A DNA stretch of 64,000 nucleotides, from positions 77,190,001 through 77,254,000 of the forward strand of contig OZ024743.1 of the NCBI GenBank assembly GCA_964016885.1, read 5' to 3'. Shown here piece by piece: positions 13,078-26,607 of the stretch. Made by a program: the position numbers and the translations under genes. Position 1 is the first letter of the stretch. The number at the start of each line of letters is the position of its first letter. Source of the stretch: Eledone cirrhosa. Taxonomy: Eukaryota. Below the pieces are notes generated by a model. That model had not been told where the DNA came from and ran no database searches. It was given only the letters and a program-made list of their open reading frames with translations.

Positions 13078-14912
13078 ACACTCTGCTGTCAACAAAAATA
13101 TTTGATGTGTTAATGAACGATAATTGGTATTGAGAGTTAATCATAATGCAGCATATGACAGATTAAATCTAAGAATTACCTGCCTTCTATTTACAGTAGT
13201 CACTGTAGAGGTTTAGTATATAAGATGATGATGATGATGATTTTGAATGTATATTATTCACTATCAAAATTTTATTCTTTTATTTTTACGTCTGTTTTCT
13301 TTGTATCTTGGTAACAATAGCCATTGTTTATATTCAATGTGCAGTAGCCATTGCTTGTTGTGTATTGCTACAATTTAGATAATTGATACTTAACCCTTTA
13401 GTTTCCAACCTGGCCAAAACCAGCTCTGATTCTTTGAAATAAAACCACCCATTTTAAAGGTTTCCAACATAATTTTATATAAGAACCTTACATAAACCCT
13501 TTAGTTTCCAACCCGGAGAAAACCAGCTCTGGTTCTATGAAATAAAACCACCTATTTTAAAGGTGTCCAATTTAAGTAAAAATCTTCCAGCATAATTTTA
13601 TATAAGAACCTTACATTAAGTTACTATCTTAGTAATAAAATAATCATTTTAGTAAATCACACAAAATTCTTCATTAATTAATTGAAATAGTGTATATTTC
13701 TTTAGAAATGTGGTCAGGAAAGGGTTTAAGATCATACACATCACTATTATTATTGTAAAACCTTACCTACTATCTGTTGTGCTTGAAGATTGCTTCTCTT
13801 ATCTTCCCCCCCCCCCCCCATTTAGTATTGGAAATTTCATGTAAGATTTTCAATTGTTTTCTAAAATTCTGTTAGTATACATTTCAAAGTTGTATTATAG
13901 GATTTATTGTGAGACAGTTTCTAAGACTCACAAAGGAAAGATGTGTTGTGACTTTAACAACTATTGTGTTGACATATTAATCTATAAAGTTTCCAGACCA
14001 TAGAGAGGATCCCTGTTGTATTTGAAATAGCTTGAGAAGTTTTCAGTATACTTCTTTGCATAACACTATAGAGGTATTCTGATTCTAAGCAGCCTGGGAT
14101 ACAACTCTTCTCTCTTTATCTCTACCCACAGCATGGAGTTAACCTTTATGACAAGGGGCATCAGATCACTATATTCCTTCTATTTGGTAACTAAAGTTCT
14201 CCCTTACATCAATGAAACTTATGAACAAGGCATGAATTACAAAAGCCATATTACAGGTTGTGGGTGTAGAGGGCAGTAAATCTAAATTGATATCAGTTAG
14301 AGGGATTTCTTTACTCTTCCTTGCATGAGATAACTCCTCTAGTGCTTGTGGCATAATGCAATTCACCCAGTACACTCTGTAAAGTTCTTGGTAGGAATAA
14401 CATTCAACCACAATATACATGTCAAAATGGAATGTACAAGTGAAGCATGAACTCCACAGGTCACATCATAGGCTATCCATCTGCAAGAGGAATAACTCTG
14501 AATAAGACTTCAGAAGGACAAAGGAATTGTTTAGCCCTCCTAGCATAGAAACAATGTCTCTAGTACCTGTGTGATGATGAAATGTGTCCAGTCCAAACAA
14601 GACAACACCTATGTTGGCCAGTTTTTCTTTATTGTTGTGTGTGCAAGATCACATGTATAATGTTGACTGTCCAATCCATGCTAGGATGGAAAAATGGATG
14701 CAATATGATGAGTCTCCACACAGTTTCCATTTATCAAATTACAGGACTATTGTAGAAAACATCAATGATGCCATTCAGAGGAATCAGTCCTGGAAACACA
14801 TGGCTGCAAAGCAATACTATACTTCTTATATGTCCAAAGTGTATACACAAGACAGTAAATGCAAACCAAACGCTTCAAAGAAACTTTTTGGTGCAAATAG
14901 TTCATCAGATAT

Positions 14913-15793
14913 TATATAAGAAATAACAGGTGGTCAGCAGAGACCACGTATAGTTTCATATTTGTGGTTTACTGTGGTGTTATATAAGAAATAACAGGTG
15001 GTCAGCAGAGACCACATATAGTTTCATATTTGTGGTTTACTGTGGTGTTATATAAGAAATAACAAGTGGTCAGCAGAGACCATGTATAGTTTCATATTTG
15101 TGGTTTACTGAGGTGTTATATAAGAAATAACAGGTGGTCAGCAGAGACCACGTATAGTTTCATATTTGTGGTTTACTGTGGTGTTATATAAGAAATAACA
15201 GGTGGTCAGCAGAGACCACGTATAGTTTCATATTTGTGGTTTACTGTGGTGTTATATAAGAAATAACAGGTGGTCAACAGAGACCATGTATAGTTTCATA
15301 TTTGTGGTTTACTGTGGTGTTATATACAAAATAACAGGTGGTCAGTAGAGACCACGTATAGTTTCATATTTGTGGTTTACTGTGGTGTTATATAAGAAAT
15401 AACAGGTGGTCAGCAGAGACCACATATAGTTTCATATTTGTGGTTTACTGTGGTGTTATATAAGAAATAACAGGTGGTCAACAGAGACCATGTATAGTTT
15501 CATATTTGTGGTTTACTATGGTGTTATATACAAAATAACAGGTGGTCAGTAGAGACCACGTATAGTTTCATATTTGTGGTTTACTGTGGTGTTATATAAG
15601 AAATAACAGGTGGTCAGCAGACCACATATAGTTTCATATTTGTGGTTTACTGTGGTGTTATATACAAAATAACAGGTGGTCAGCAGAAACCACATATAGT
15701 TTCATATTTGTGGTTTACTGTGGTGTTATATAAGAAATAACAGGTGGTCAGCAGAGACCACGTATAGTTTCATATTTGTGGTTTACTGTGGTG
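14913..15793. repeat. 68-bp tandem repeat, about 13 copies
   Basis: Unit tatataagaaataacaggtggtcagcagagaccacgtatagtttcatatttgtggtttactgtggtgt. Confidence 0.97.
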
Positions 15794-15977
15794 CTTCACT
15801 TGTCTAAGTCTTCAGTTTTGTGTTGTATGTGGATCAATGCTGATATGAAAAGCCATAATGTAGGAGACACACACCATAATAGCATTAAGCCTTGATTTTG
15901 TTACCATAACCTATATAGGTGCCTATTGAAATGTATATTGTTTTCTTTGTTTCCAATGATTATCTTTTACTTTACAG

Positions 15978-16119
15978 TGATCTTACCCATCAGAATCAAT
16001 ATATACAAAGCCTGGCACTGTGTACATTGGGCTCCGTATGTTCAACAGAAATGAGCCGAGATTTAGCAGGAGAGGTAGAAAAATTATTAAAGTCTTCAAA
16101 TGCTTACATAAAGAAAAAG
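15978..16119 (+). CDS. AP1G1: AP1G1 exon (N)[47 protein letters not shown]
   Basis: Acceptor ttttactttacag, donor AAG|gtaaat, 142 nt. Phase matches the previous exon. Confidence 0.97.
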
Positions 16120-17228
16120 GTAAATCAAATGTTTATTAATATTCCTTCAGAACCTTTTTTTTATAGATAAGATGAACTTCTTTTATGATCAGGGATCATA
16201 TAAATATGTTCATATTTTGTCTGTTAGATTGGTTCAGAAAAAGATTTGTGCTAAGAAGCTAACATTTTTGGCAGAAATTTCATACATAAAACCTGGAGTA
16301 ACAAAAAAAAGCAATGTTTTTATTTAGATAATTAACAGGACTTAGGTAACAGTAATTTATAATTTGAAATCATCTGAATATCATAGTATGTCTTCCGGGT
16401 TAGAATAGGTACATTGTATCCCTGCATGTCATAAGGAGTGATTAAAAAGGTTGGTGTCAGGAAAGGTATCTGGCTGTAAAACATTGCCTGAAAAAGTCCT
16501 GTCCAACCCATGTCAGCATGGAAAAGTCGATGTAAAAACGATGATGATGTAGATATATTAAACAGACAAACATATAAGATAGTTTGGTTTCATTTCTCTC
16601 TTAAATAGAGCAGTTTTAGTTGTTTATTTATCATATTTGGTCTTGATGTAACTAATTATGGTAAATAAGCTTTTCAATGGATCCAATAAAACATTTTTAT
16701 TTTATGGCATATGGACTCATCTGTGAGAGCCCCTACTCAAAGATTACCACTGTGGGTTTGGTCAGGCACTCTGCCACCCTCAAAGTGGACTCATCTGTGA
16801 TGCAGTTATGTCAGAACCTCTCCTGGGATGGCACAAATGGTGAGGCTGATATCTGAGATTGTGTATTAGTACAATTAAGTTAGCTCATCATCATATATAT
16901 ATGATGTCTACCATTTGAATCATGACAACATTCACATTTGTATGTCTGTAATTGTTGTGCATGGGTGACTTCTGTTTGTGATGCTGTCAATTCAATAGCT
17001 GGAGCCACCTTAACCTATCTTTTATAAATGCTGATACAAATAATGGTAATAATAAACATTAACTCTACTATTTAAGTTAGTGCTGTTAAAATTTCTCTCT
17101 CATTGCATTTGTTTTTAATTTTATCCAAGTTGCTATTTTTATGAAAGACTAAAAAATCGCCATTATTCTTTTTAAAAAACCATGAAATGTTTTGATGTCT
17201 CCTAATATAGCAAAATCATTTCTTACAG

Positions 17229-17325
17229 GCTACTCTGTGTGCTTTTCGTATAATTAGAAAAGTACCAGATCTTATGGAAATGTTCATTCCAGCAACTAGG
17301 TCTTTGCTCAATGAAAAAAACCATG
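17229..17325 (+). CDS. AP1G1: AP1G1 exon [32 protein letters not shown](G)
   Basis: Acceptor tttcttacag, donor ATG|gtaagt, 97 nt, in frame. Confidence 0.97.
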
Positions 17326-17784
17326 GTAAGTTGCTTTCTAAGATATCTACTTGTAGTTCTGAAGCACTTTTTTTAAAGTTCTATTAACTATAGACGTACG
17401 TGAGAGTAATAATATCAACCTTTCTTGTATTCTTGGAATTTCTAAACATTTTATTTGAAATTTCATTTTTCAGTTTCAAGGACAGATTTCAGCATAATTA
17501 TAAAGGAATTTACTTTTCCTTTTTTATTTTATTTTATTTTTTTTGTGTTTGTGTATGTGTTTTAGGGATTAGTTTCAGAATAAATACTACTTAAAAAATA
17601 TATCCATTAGTTTAACAAAAATAATCCCACATTAATCATTATGATTATTTTCCATCCATCACATACTAATATTGATTAAAAAACATTGTTTGAAATATTC
17701 TGATTTATTTTCCATTTTGTCACATTTCTGAGGTCTGATATATATATATATATATAACCTCAGCGGGATATATACGCAGAACGT

Positions 17785-20190
17785 ATCATCATCATCATCG
17801 TTTAACGTCCATCTTCCACGCTTGCATGGGTTTGGACGGGAGTTTTCCCACTTGAGGCAAGAGTGGTTGTCTTGCTCGCATAGGATTGTCTGGTGGGTTT
17901 TCTACGGCTGGATGCCCTTCCTAACACCAACTACGTTTACAGTGTGGACTGGGAGGTCTTTACCATGTTACCTACACGGCCACATTACAGCGTGGACTGT
18001 GTGTTTTTTTGTTGTGACACCTACGTGACACCTACACGACTGGATGTTGTGGTACCAACATAACTTTACATTGAAAGGGGTGGTGTGGATGGGGTGGGGG
18101 GGTATTGAGACGGGGGGTGTATTTTGTTAGAGGTGCCTACTGACTGTAGTAGGTTTCACTTTGTACTTAGGTAAGGCGGGTCTTCTGTATTACTGTGTAG
18201 CGCCAAAGATCTCGGTCCAGTGACATTGTCTTGGAGAGGTGTAAGTGTGTGAGGTCGGAATTTATCAAGTCGTCCCAGATTTTGCTGGGTCTGCCTACTC
18301 CGTGGCTACCGTCTATTTTTATTGCCCTGCACTTTTTTATACAGCTGTCGTCTTTCATGCGCATCACGTGACCATATCAACGTAGTCTTCTCTCGAGTAA
18401 ACAGCATCTGATCCTTCTTAGTTTGTTTATGCTTTGCCGTTCACGTATATTACTATTACACATCCAGCAGAGCATGCAAAATTTCGTTCCTCTCCAGTCT
18501 GCGTATATCCTCTGCACACAATGCCCAGGTCTCACTGCCATGTAACATTGCTGTTCGTATGCAGGCATCATACAGCCTGCCTTTCATTTTTAGAGAGAAC
18601 CCTTTAGCGGCTAATAGTGGTATAAGCTCTCTGAACTTTTTCCATCCACTTCTGACTCTAGCTACTGTACTTTCAGAGCACCCTCCACCACTGCTGATTT
18701 TGTCACCCAAGTAACGGAAGCTGTCCACTATTTCTATAGAACCTTCTGTGGGCACTTGCTGCTACTTATTGCACCAGAGCACCGGCCACATATAAAATCT
18801 ATGTTCTTAGTTAGCTTACCTGTGATCCCACTACATCTTTTATGCACCCATACTTTGCATTTGGGACATAAAATGGAGTTTTTACCTACTCCTTTCCTAC
18901 ACACTGAGCATGGCCATTTCCCGGATGGGACCGGTGCCCTATTTTCCTTCCTACAAACTAGAACTTTAGTCTTAGACAGGTTAATTTTAAGGCCTTTTGA
19001 TTCTAGGCCATGCTTCCATGTTTGGAATTTCTTCTCTAGTTCGGCCATTGATTCAGCTATGAGCGTTAGATCATCGCGTATAGGAGTTCCCATGGGCAGC
19101 CGGTCTTGAACTCCACTGTTATAGCCTGAATGGCAATAATAAATAGTAGGGGGCAAAGAACGGAGCCCTGATGAACACCAACTTTTACGCTAAACTTTTC
19201 ACTATATTCGTTGTTAATTCTAACCTTGCTGACTGTTTCTTTATACATGGCTTGTATAGCTCTGACAAGCCATTCATCAACCCCTAGTTTTCTAAGAGCC
19301 CACCAGATAATGGAACGGAGGACTCTGTCGAAGGCTTTCTCCAAGTCAACAAAAGCTAAGTATAGGGGTTTACTTTTAGCTAGGTACTTCTCCCGTAGTT
19401 GTCGTACAATGAAAAGAGCATTTGTGGTACTTTTACCTGACACAAACCCGAACTGCATTTCATCTAGACCAATTCTCTCTCTGATTAGTTGCGGTATTAC
19501 TTTTTCTGTGACCTTCATGACCTGGTCGATTAATTTAATGCCTCTATAGTTACTCCTATCTTGTAGCAGTTAATGATGATGTTGCTACGCCAGTCCTTCG
19601 GAACAACCCCATTCTGTATGACTTGGTTTACTATCCGGGTGACCATGGTGTGTCCCACCGTTCCAGAAGCTTTCAGCATTTCAGCAACTACTTCCGAAGG
19701 CCCAGCCGCCTTACCCGTCTTCATATCTTTGATTGCCTTACTTATTATACTACCTTCGACTAACACTGCTGGTCCCTCTATTGGATCGATGTGGGGTAGA
19801 CTGTCTTTCTCCCCTTTATTCTCCTCATTTAGTAGTCTTTCGTAGTGACACTTCCAAGCTACCTTCTTATCAGCGTCAGTGATGGCAAGTACACCATCAT
19901 CATTAAGGACACACTTCTCCCCGACAATATCATGGTTTTCCTTGACACATTGCCTAGCAATCCTGAACACCTCACGTTTTTGGTCCTTGCGTTGTAGAAC
20001 ATGCTTGAATTTTCTTTCCTTTGCTTCCCTTCTTGCGAAGTACACTTGCCTCCTAGCTTCCCTCCTGGCCACTTGATAGTCTTCTCTACTTCCCCCATCC
20101 CGACATACTTTCCAAGACTGCTTTTTGGTCTTAATTGACTCCTCCACCTTACTGTTCCACCACCACGTTACTCTCCTCCTACCTATAGGC
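17785..20190 (-). mobile_element. 5'-truncated, frameshifted RTE-clade LINE with a Cys-rich PHD-like insert and (GAT)n tail
   Basis: ORF pieces contain TWWWN, MQFGF, AFVDLEKAFDRV, GVHQGSVL, ELLYA(DD), FRYLGD and LHGSETW. The 3' end ...ggacgttaaacgatgatgatg lies at 17785-17840. Confidence 0.9.
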
Positions 20191-20955
20191 CTATATATCT
20201 GCAAAGCTTGTTGTCTCTGACGCTCTACCGACTACTGCCAATCCTCCATCCCTATAACCATATAATGAGAAGTATTGTTTTCAGCTAGTCTCTAATACTA
20301 ATATAGTAAGATGTACAAAAAAATAAATTTAGTATTTAATGATAAAATTCACTGATTAAATAAAATCTTAGATAAAGTCTTAGAGGTGATTTATGAAAGT
20401 ACACTTCGTTAGTGATTTAACAAAGATGATATAGGGTAGGGAGGGCTTTTCAGTCTTGTTGAGTACCTGACAACTTTTTTAGTGCTGGTACCATAATAAA
20501 ATACACCCAGCCCACCCTGCAAAGTGGTAGTGTTGGTGCCATAATAAAGTCAATCCAGTACACTCTGTAAAGTGGTAAAGCTAGTGCCACAATAAAATAC
20601 CCCCAGTACACTCTGTAAAGTGGCAGTGCTAGTGCCATAACACAATACACTCTGTAAAGTGGTACCTTTAAGATGTGTGGTTTTGTTTCATAGAAACACA
20701 GTAGTTTTGGGTAGGTTGGTCTCAAAAGGGTTACTTATTGTTAACTTTATAATTATGCTGTAACTAATATAAAATAAATAAAGATATTAAAATTTAATGT
20801 TTCAACCAAAGGTACAGCTATGTATCTAGTTACATATCTGCGCTCAATTGCATTGTTCTCACAATATTTATTTTCAAATTTCCTGTATGTGCTCTAAAAA
20901 CCACCTGAAGATACCTCTAGTTCTATCATACTAAGCTGTTTACTTTAAAGTGTTT

Positions 20956-21298
20956 ATCATCATCATCATCATCATCATTTTACGCCCGCTTTTCCCTGCT
21001 TGCAAGGGTGGGACGGGAACTGATTCTGGCTCGATTTCTACAGCTGGATGCCCTTCCTAACACCAACCTCATTTACAGTGAGTGCTGGGTGCCTTTTTTC
21101 CGTGGCGCCTACACGTCCACTTTACAGTGGAATGATAGGGACCCCAGTCCTATCATCTCATTTCTACAGCTGAGTAAACTGGAGCAATGTGAAATAAAGT
21201 GTCTTGCTCAAGGAAACAACACATTACCCGGTCTGAGAATTGAATCACAACCTTTCAATTGCAAGGCCAATGCTCTAACCACTAAGCCATGTGCCTCC
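20956..21298 (-). mobile_element. tRNA/CORE-like SINE with RTE-type 3' tail; a truncated + strand copy lies at 26780-27045
   Basis: CORE-like ccttgagcaagacactttatttcacattgctccagtttactcagctg, then ggaagggcatccagctgtagaa, then a (GAT)n tail shared with the RTE LINE. Confidence 0.8.
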
Positions 21299-21518
21299 AT
21301 ATTTATTTAAATATCTTACTTCATAATTATAAGAGACTTTAAGTTAATTTCAAACACCAGCTTAATAATGAGAAAGTTATATTACTAAATCCTGCTGAAT
21401 TCTTGGTTATTTTCAAAATTTATTTTCAAAATTTATTTTCAAATTTTATTTTCAAATTTCATGCAATATGTGCTCTAAAATTCTTCATTTGAATAGTTAC
21501 CTGTTAGCTATTTTGGTT

Positions 21519-21570
21519 ATTGTAGTGCACCTGAGCACTGTACTCAATAAGTTTCATTATTATTATTATA
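21519..21570 (+). mobile_element. Very short 3' stub of the CR1-type LINE
   Basis: ttgtagtgcacctgagcactgtactcaataagtttcattattattatt is the reverse complement of the element's 3' end. Confidence 0.7.
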
Positions 21571-21894
21571 TTAACTTTTTATTTAATTCTATAAACAAGA
21601 CAAAAAGGAAAAAAATCTTGTATTTAAACAATGTTGTTTCACTAAAGAATTTTCTAAGTTTCATCTTTTGAATATGTCTATGTTGTTGTTCTAAAAAAAA
21701 AATGGCATTATCTACCTTGGTTTTTTATGATATGTAGGTGATCATTTTTCTTGTGTCAAACCATCAACAGGTAAGGAAGTTATATGAAGAAACAATATGA
21801 TAACTATATTATTGTTGCTCACTCAACCAAGCACATCGTTTTGTACATAATTGCTGTCAATGTACTGTTCTCTTTTGACACAAGCATCATTTGG

Positions 21895-23630
21895 TCACAC
21901 ACAGACATACACATATAGATAAACATACACACCCACACAGATATACACATATTCACACACACACACACACATATAGACACACACAGACATACACATATAG
22001 ACACACATACACACACACAGATATACACATAGACACATACACACACACACACAGACATACACATAGATATACACACACAGATACAGATATACACATAGAT
22101 ACACACACACAGATATACACATAGACACATACACACACACAGACATACACATATAGATATACACACACACAGATACACAGACATACACATGTAGACACAC
22201 ACACACACAGATACAGATATACACACATATACACATATAGATACACACATGCAGACAGATACACACACACACAAATAGATACACAGACATACAGACAGAT
22301 ACACACACACACAGACACACAGATACAGACACACACACACACATACAGACATAGATACATACACAGACATTCACACATACATACATATATATAGATACAC
22401 TCACACACATACACACATAGTTTTGTACATAAATAATTACTGTGTCAATGTATTCTCTTTTGACACAACCATCATTTCATCTCACACCCACAGTGACAGA
22501 CACTGACACAGTGAAAGACAGACACTGACACAGTGACAGACAGACACTGACAGAAACACAGACTGACACAGTGACAGACAGACACTGACACAGTGACAGA
22601 CACACTGAAAGACAGACATTGACAGGAACAGACAGTGACTGACACACTGACACAGTGACACACTGACACAGTGACAGACTGACACACAGACAGACAGACA
22701 CTGACACAGTGACAGACTGACACACAGACACTGACACAGTGACAGACAGACAGACACTGACACTGACAGACAGACACACTGACACTGTGACAGACACTGA
22801 CACTGTGACAGACACACTGACACAGAGACACAGACACAGTGACAGACAGACACACTGACAGACAGACACAGACACTGACAGACAGACACAGACACTGACA
22901 GACACAGACACTGACAGACACACTGACAGACAGACACTGACAGACAGACACTGACAGACAGACACTGACAGACAGACACAGACAGACAGACACAGACAGA
23001 CAGACACAGACAGACAGACACAGACAGACAGACACAGACAGACAGACACAGACAGACAGACACAGACAGACAGACACAGACAGACAGACAGACACAGACA
23101 GACAGACACAGACAGACAGACACAGACAGACAGACACAGACACACAGACACAGACACACAGACACAGACAGACAGACACAGACAGACAGACACAGACAGA
23201 CAGACACAGACAGACACAGACACAGACAGACAGACAGACACAGACAGACAGACAGACAGACACAGACAGACAGACAGACACAGACAGACACAGACAGACA
23301 GACACAGACAGACAGACACAGACAGACAGACACAGACAGACAGACAGACAGACACAGACAGACAGACACAGACAGACAGACACAGACAGACAGACAGACA
23401 GACACAGACACAGACAGACAGACACAGACAGACAGACAGACACAGACAGACAGACACAGACAGACAGACAGACACAGACAGACAGACACAGACAGACAGA
23501 CAGACAGACACTGACAGACAGACAGACAGACAGACAGACACTGACAGACAGACAGACAGACACAGACAGACAGACAGACAGACACAGACAGACAGACAGA
23601 CTGACACTGACAGACAGACACTGACACACG
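21895..23630. repeat. Two compound microsatellites (CA/CATA/AGAT, then GACA/CACA/CTGA)
   Basis: Directly visible; they explain the CV/LSV low-complexity ORFs. Confidence 0.97.
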
Positions 23631-23714
23631 CAGTGAAGCCATTGATTAATCTCCTCCGTTGGGAAACGTTGTGGAGACCAACTGAAAACGTGGCTTAGGA
23701 CAGTGAGGCAATTA

Positions 23715-23872
23715 CTGAGCTGATCTTAGGCCCACGCCTGTGTGGGGTTCAGACGCTGAGCTGATCTTAGGCCCACGCCTGTGTGGGGTTCAGACGCTGA
23801 GCTGATCTTAGGCCCACGCCTGTGTGGGGTTCAGACGCTGAGCTGATTTTAGGACCACGCCTGTGTGGGGTC
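23715..23872. repeat. 45-bp tandem repeat, about 3.5 copies
   Basis: Unit ctgagctgatcttaggcccacgcctgtgtggggttcagacg. Confidence 0.9.
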
Positions 23873-25237
23873 TGGCGTTGGAACTGTGAATGCCGCCACA
23901 CACTCGTATCTTCGATAACGTTGGACCGTCGTGCTTGGTCGGCCTTCCTTCAAGATACAGTAAATTTGTTGGCCGGAGATGGCTCAACCGACCCAGGGTG
24001 AATGCCGCCACACACACACACACACAGTGACACACATACAGTGACACACACACACACACAGTGACACAGACACAGTGACACACACACACATTATGTCTGT
24101 TATTGTCCAACTAGTTAATATCAACTAGACATTGTGACTAGCACTTCACTGTCTTATAGTTTTTACTAAACATTACTCTACCATTATCACTGTAGTACAA
24201 CTGCTGTACTCACATAAGAAGAGAAAATATTTTATATTTCAAACAAAACTGTCAGTTTTTTCATTGTTGTTATCATTGTTGTTTTGTGCATTGTTTCTTA
24301 TTGTGTGGGTAAGATAGTGGGCTTAAGATAGGAATATTTCAGTGAATATTACTGCAGATAAGATTTTGTTGACAACTTTATAGGACATGTATAACTTAAT
24401 AGAAAGACTAATTAAAAACAAAAAAAAAAGAGAGAGAATTTGCCCTTTGTATGATTATCATACATACTTTTAGCTTTTATCTTTCACATATAAATGTTTG
24501 GTTTAGAATATTGTCTTAACTTTAGACTCTGAAGAGGCTGATAGGAGCTGCTCTTCTTTAAAGTCATTAAAAAATAGCACTTCATATAATAAATTCTGGT
24601 AAAAAATTGGTAGTCATTACAATGTTGAATAGAATGTTTTGTAGTATTTGTTCTGGCTCTCTGTGCTCTGAGTTCAAATCTTGCTGAGGTCAGTAAACAA
24701 AAGTATCTGTCCAGTATTGGGGTTGATTCTTCTTCTCTTTATATATATATATCTTTCTCACTTCTTCTCTATCATTCTCTCTCTCTATCTCTCTCTCTGG
24801 AAGAAATCAGCTATGTTCAGATTTGGAGAGGAGATGGACTCCACCAGATTTAAAATTCCCAAGAAATGCTGTTTCTGTAGTGCCCCTACAATTCTGCCAG
24901 AAGTTACAGCTGTATACGTATATAAATTCTAATTTCATCTAAAGACTATTCCATACATATTGTAAAGGTCATGGACACTCATTTTCATCTTCTAAGCCAT
25001 AAGAAAAAAATGCTTTCAGTTTCGTTGCTACGGGTGTAAATATTTCCTTAGTTTTTTTAACATTATTCACAGAATTGCTATCCCATACGTTATAAAATAA
25101 ATAGGGTGGGTTGGAGTCTCAATAAGTAAACTAAATGACTAATTCTGGGTTTAAAAATATCAATGGGGACAACCTAGAAAAATTACCGAATCTCCAACCC
25201 CCCCCCCCCCCCATGCACACACTAATTCAGGGTGTAC

Positions 25238-25578
25238 AGGGTGCTTTTTGATGTAACACCTAAACAACTACTTTGCAGTGTGGACTGGGTGCTTTTTGAC
25301 ATGACACCTACACAATCACTTTACAGTGTGGACTGGGTGTCTTTTGACATGACACCTAAACAACCACTTTACAGTGTGTACTGGGTGCTTTTTGACGTGA
25401 CACCTACACAACCACTTTACAGTGTGGACTGGATGCTTTATATCGTGTCACCTACATGACCACTTTACAGTATGGACTGGGTGCTTTTTGTCGTGTCACC
25501 TACAGGACCCCTTTACAGTATGGACTGGGTGCTTTTTGTCGTGTCACCTACAGGACCCCTTTACAGTGTGGGCTGGGC
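25238..25578. repeat. 45-bp tandem repeat derived from the RTE/SINE 3' region
   Basis: Repeated ctttacagtgtggactgggtgctttttgac.tgacaccta. Confidence 0.85.
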
Positions 25579-26607
25579 TCTGGGATGAGTAAGTACATAG
25601 AGATCTAGGTGTTAAAATATATTTTGTTAAACTACATTAATAGATTATAAATCTAACCTAACACCTGTATTGTGTTTACTCTTTATTACTATTTTGCTAA
25701 GTGGTTATTTCTGATTTTGAGGTTTCGGTCAGATGTGGTATGTCGTAGCTGTTAGAAAAGAATCTCATAATTTCTCTAATTTTTTATAAATTTCAACCAA
25801 TAATTCTTTATTGATTTATTGTTTTTAAAATAGCTCGACTTGCAATCTTAATGATAAATTGCTGACTTGTATTTCAACAAAATCTAAAGACTTTTTGATA
25901 TTTTCTTTATTAAATTGCTTGCAACACCTGAGAAACGTATGGGATGCAACCTTGCAGGAGGCCAGCTAAGCCTGCGTACTGTTCTTTCTGTTATAGGACT
26001 AAAACGTATCAATGAATCTTTACCTGTGCCAAAAACTGAGTTTGATTTCAAAACCGTTGATATTGAAATATGTAGTCTTAAATAGTAAGCACATTTCCAT
26101 CACACCACTGTAAGAAATGACTGAGTGTGATTCATGTCATACTTACTAGACTGTGTTTCTGTTAAATTGGTAAAACAGTTGCTTTAAACAATCGGCCATT
26201 TTATTGTAGTCAATGGTTACAAAGATGTTACTAGGTTTTAATATAGCTCTGCAAAATGTCTTCATTTTCTAAAGCCTGCTGATAACAAATACATAGAAAA
26301 AAGGATTACTGGCATCATGTGTACTTCCAGTTGATTTGTGGCAAGATAAACTGGCTAATTGAATCTCTTGTAATCTATTCATTGAAAAGTAAACAGTGTT
26401 TTCCTTCTTGATAAACAATACAAATAAATTTCCCTTCGACAGTGCAAGTTAGCTTTTTGATTTGTTACTTGGAGTCATATATTTTTACTGCATTTCCTCC
26501 TCAATAAAAGTGCTTTTGGTATTAGTTTAAACTATGCTTAACACTTGGAGGTGAAATCCATTGTGCTAAGAATAGGAACATATTACTTTACATATTTTGT
26601 ATTTAAA

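Noticed and set aside
14913-15793. CRISPR-like appearance of the tandem arrays (also 30517, 46303)
   Set aside because: There are no unique spacers and no cas genes, and the context is a eukaryotic intron.
21819-23642. Long Cys/Val/Ser/Leu-rich ORFs (173-386 aa)
   Set aside because: They are translations of microsatellites and are open in several frames.
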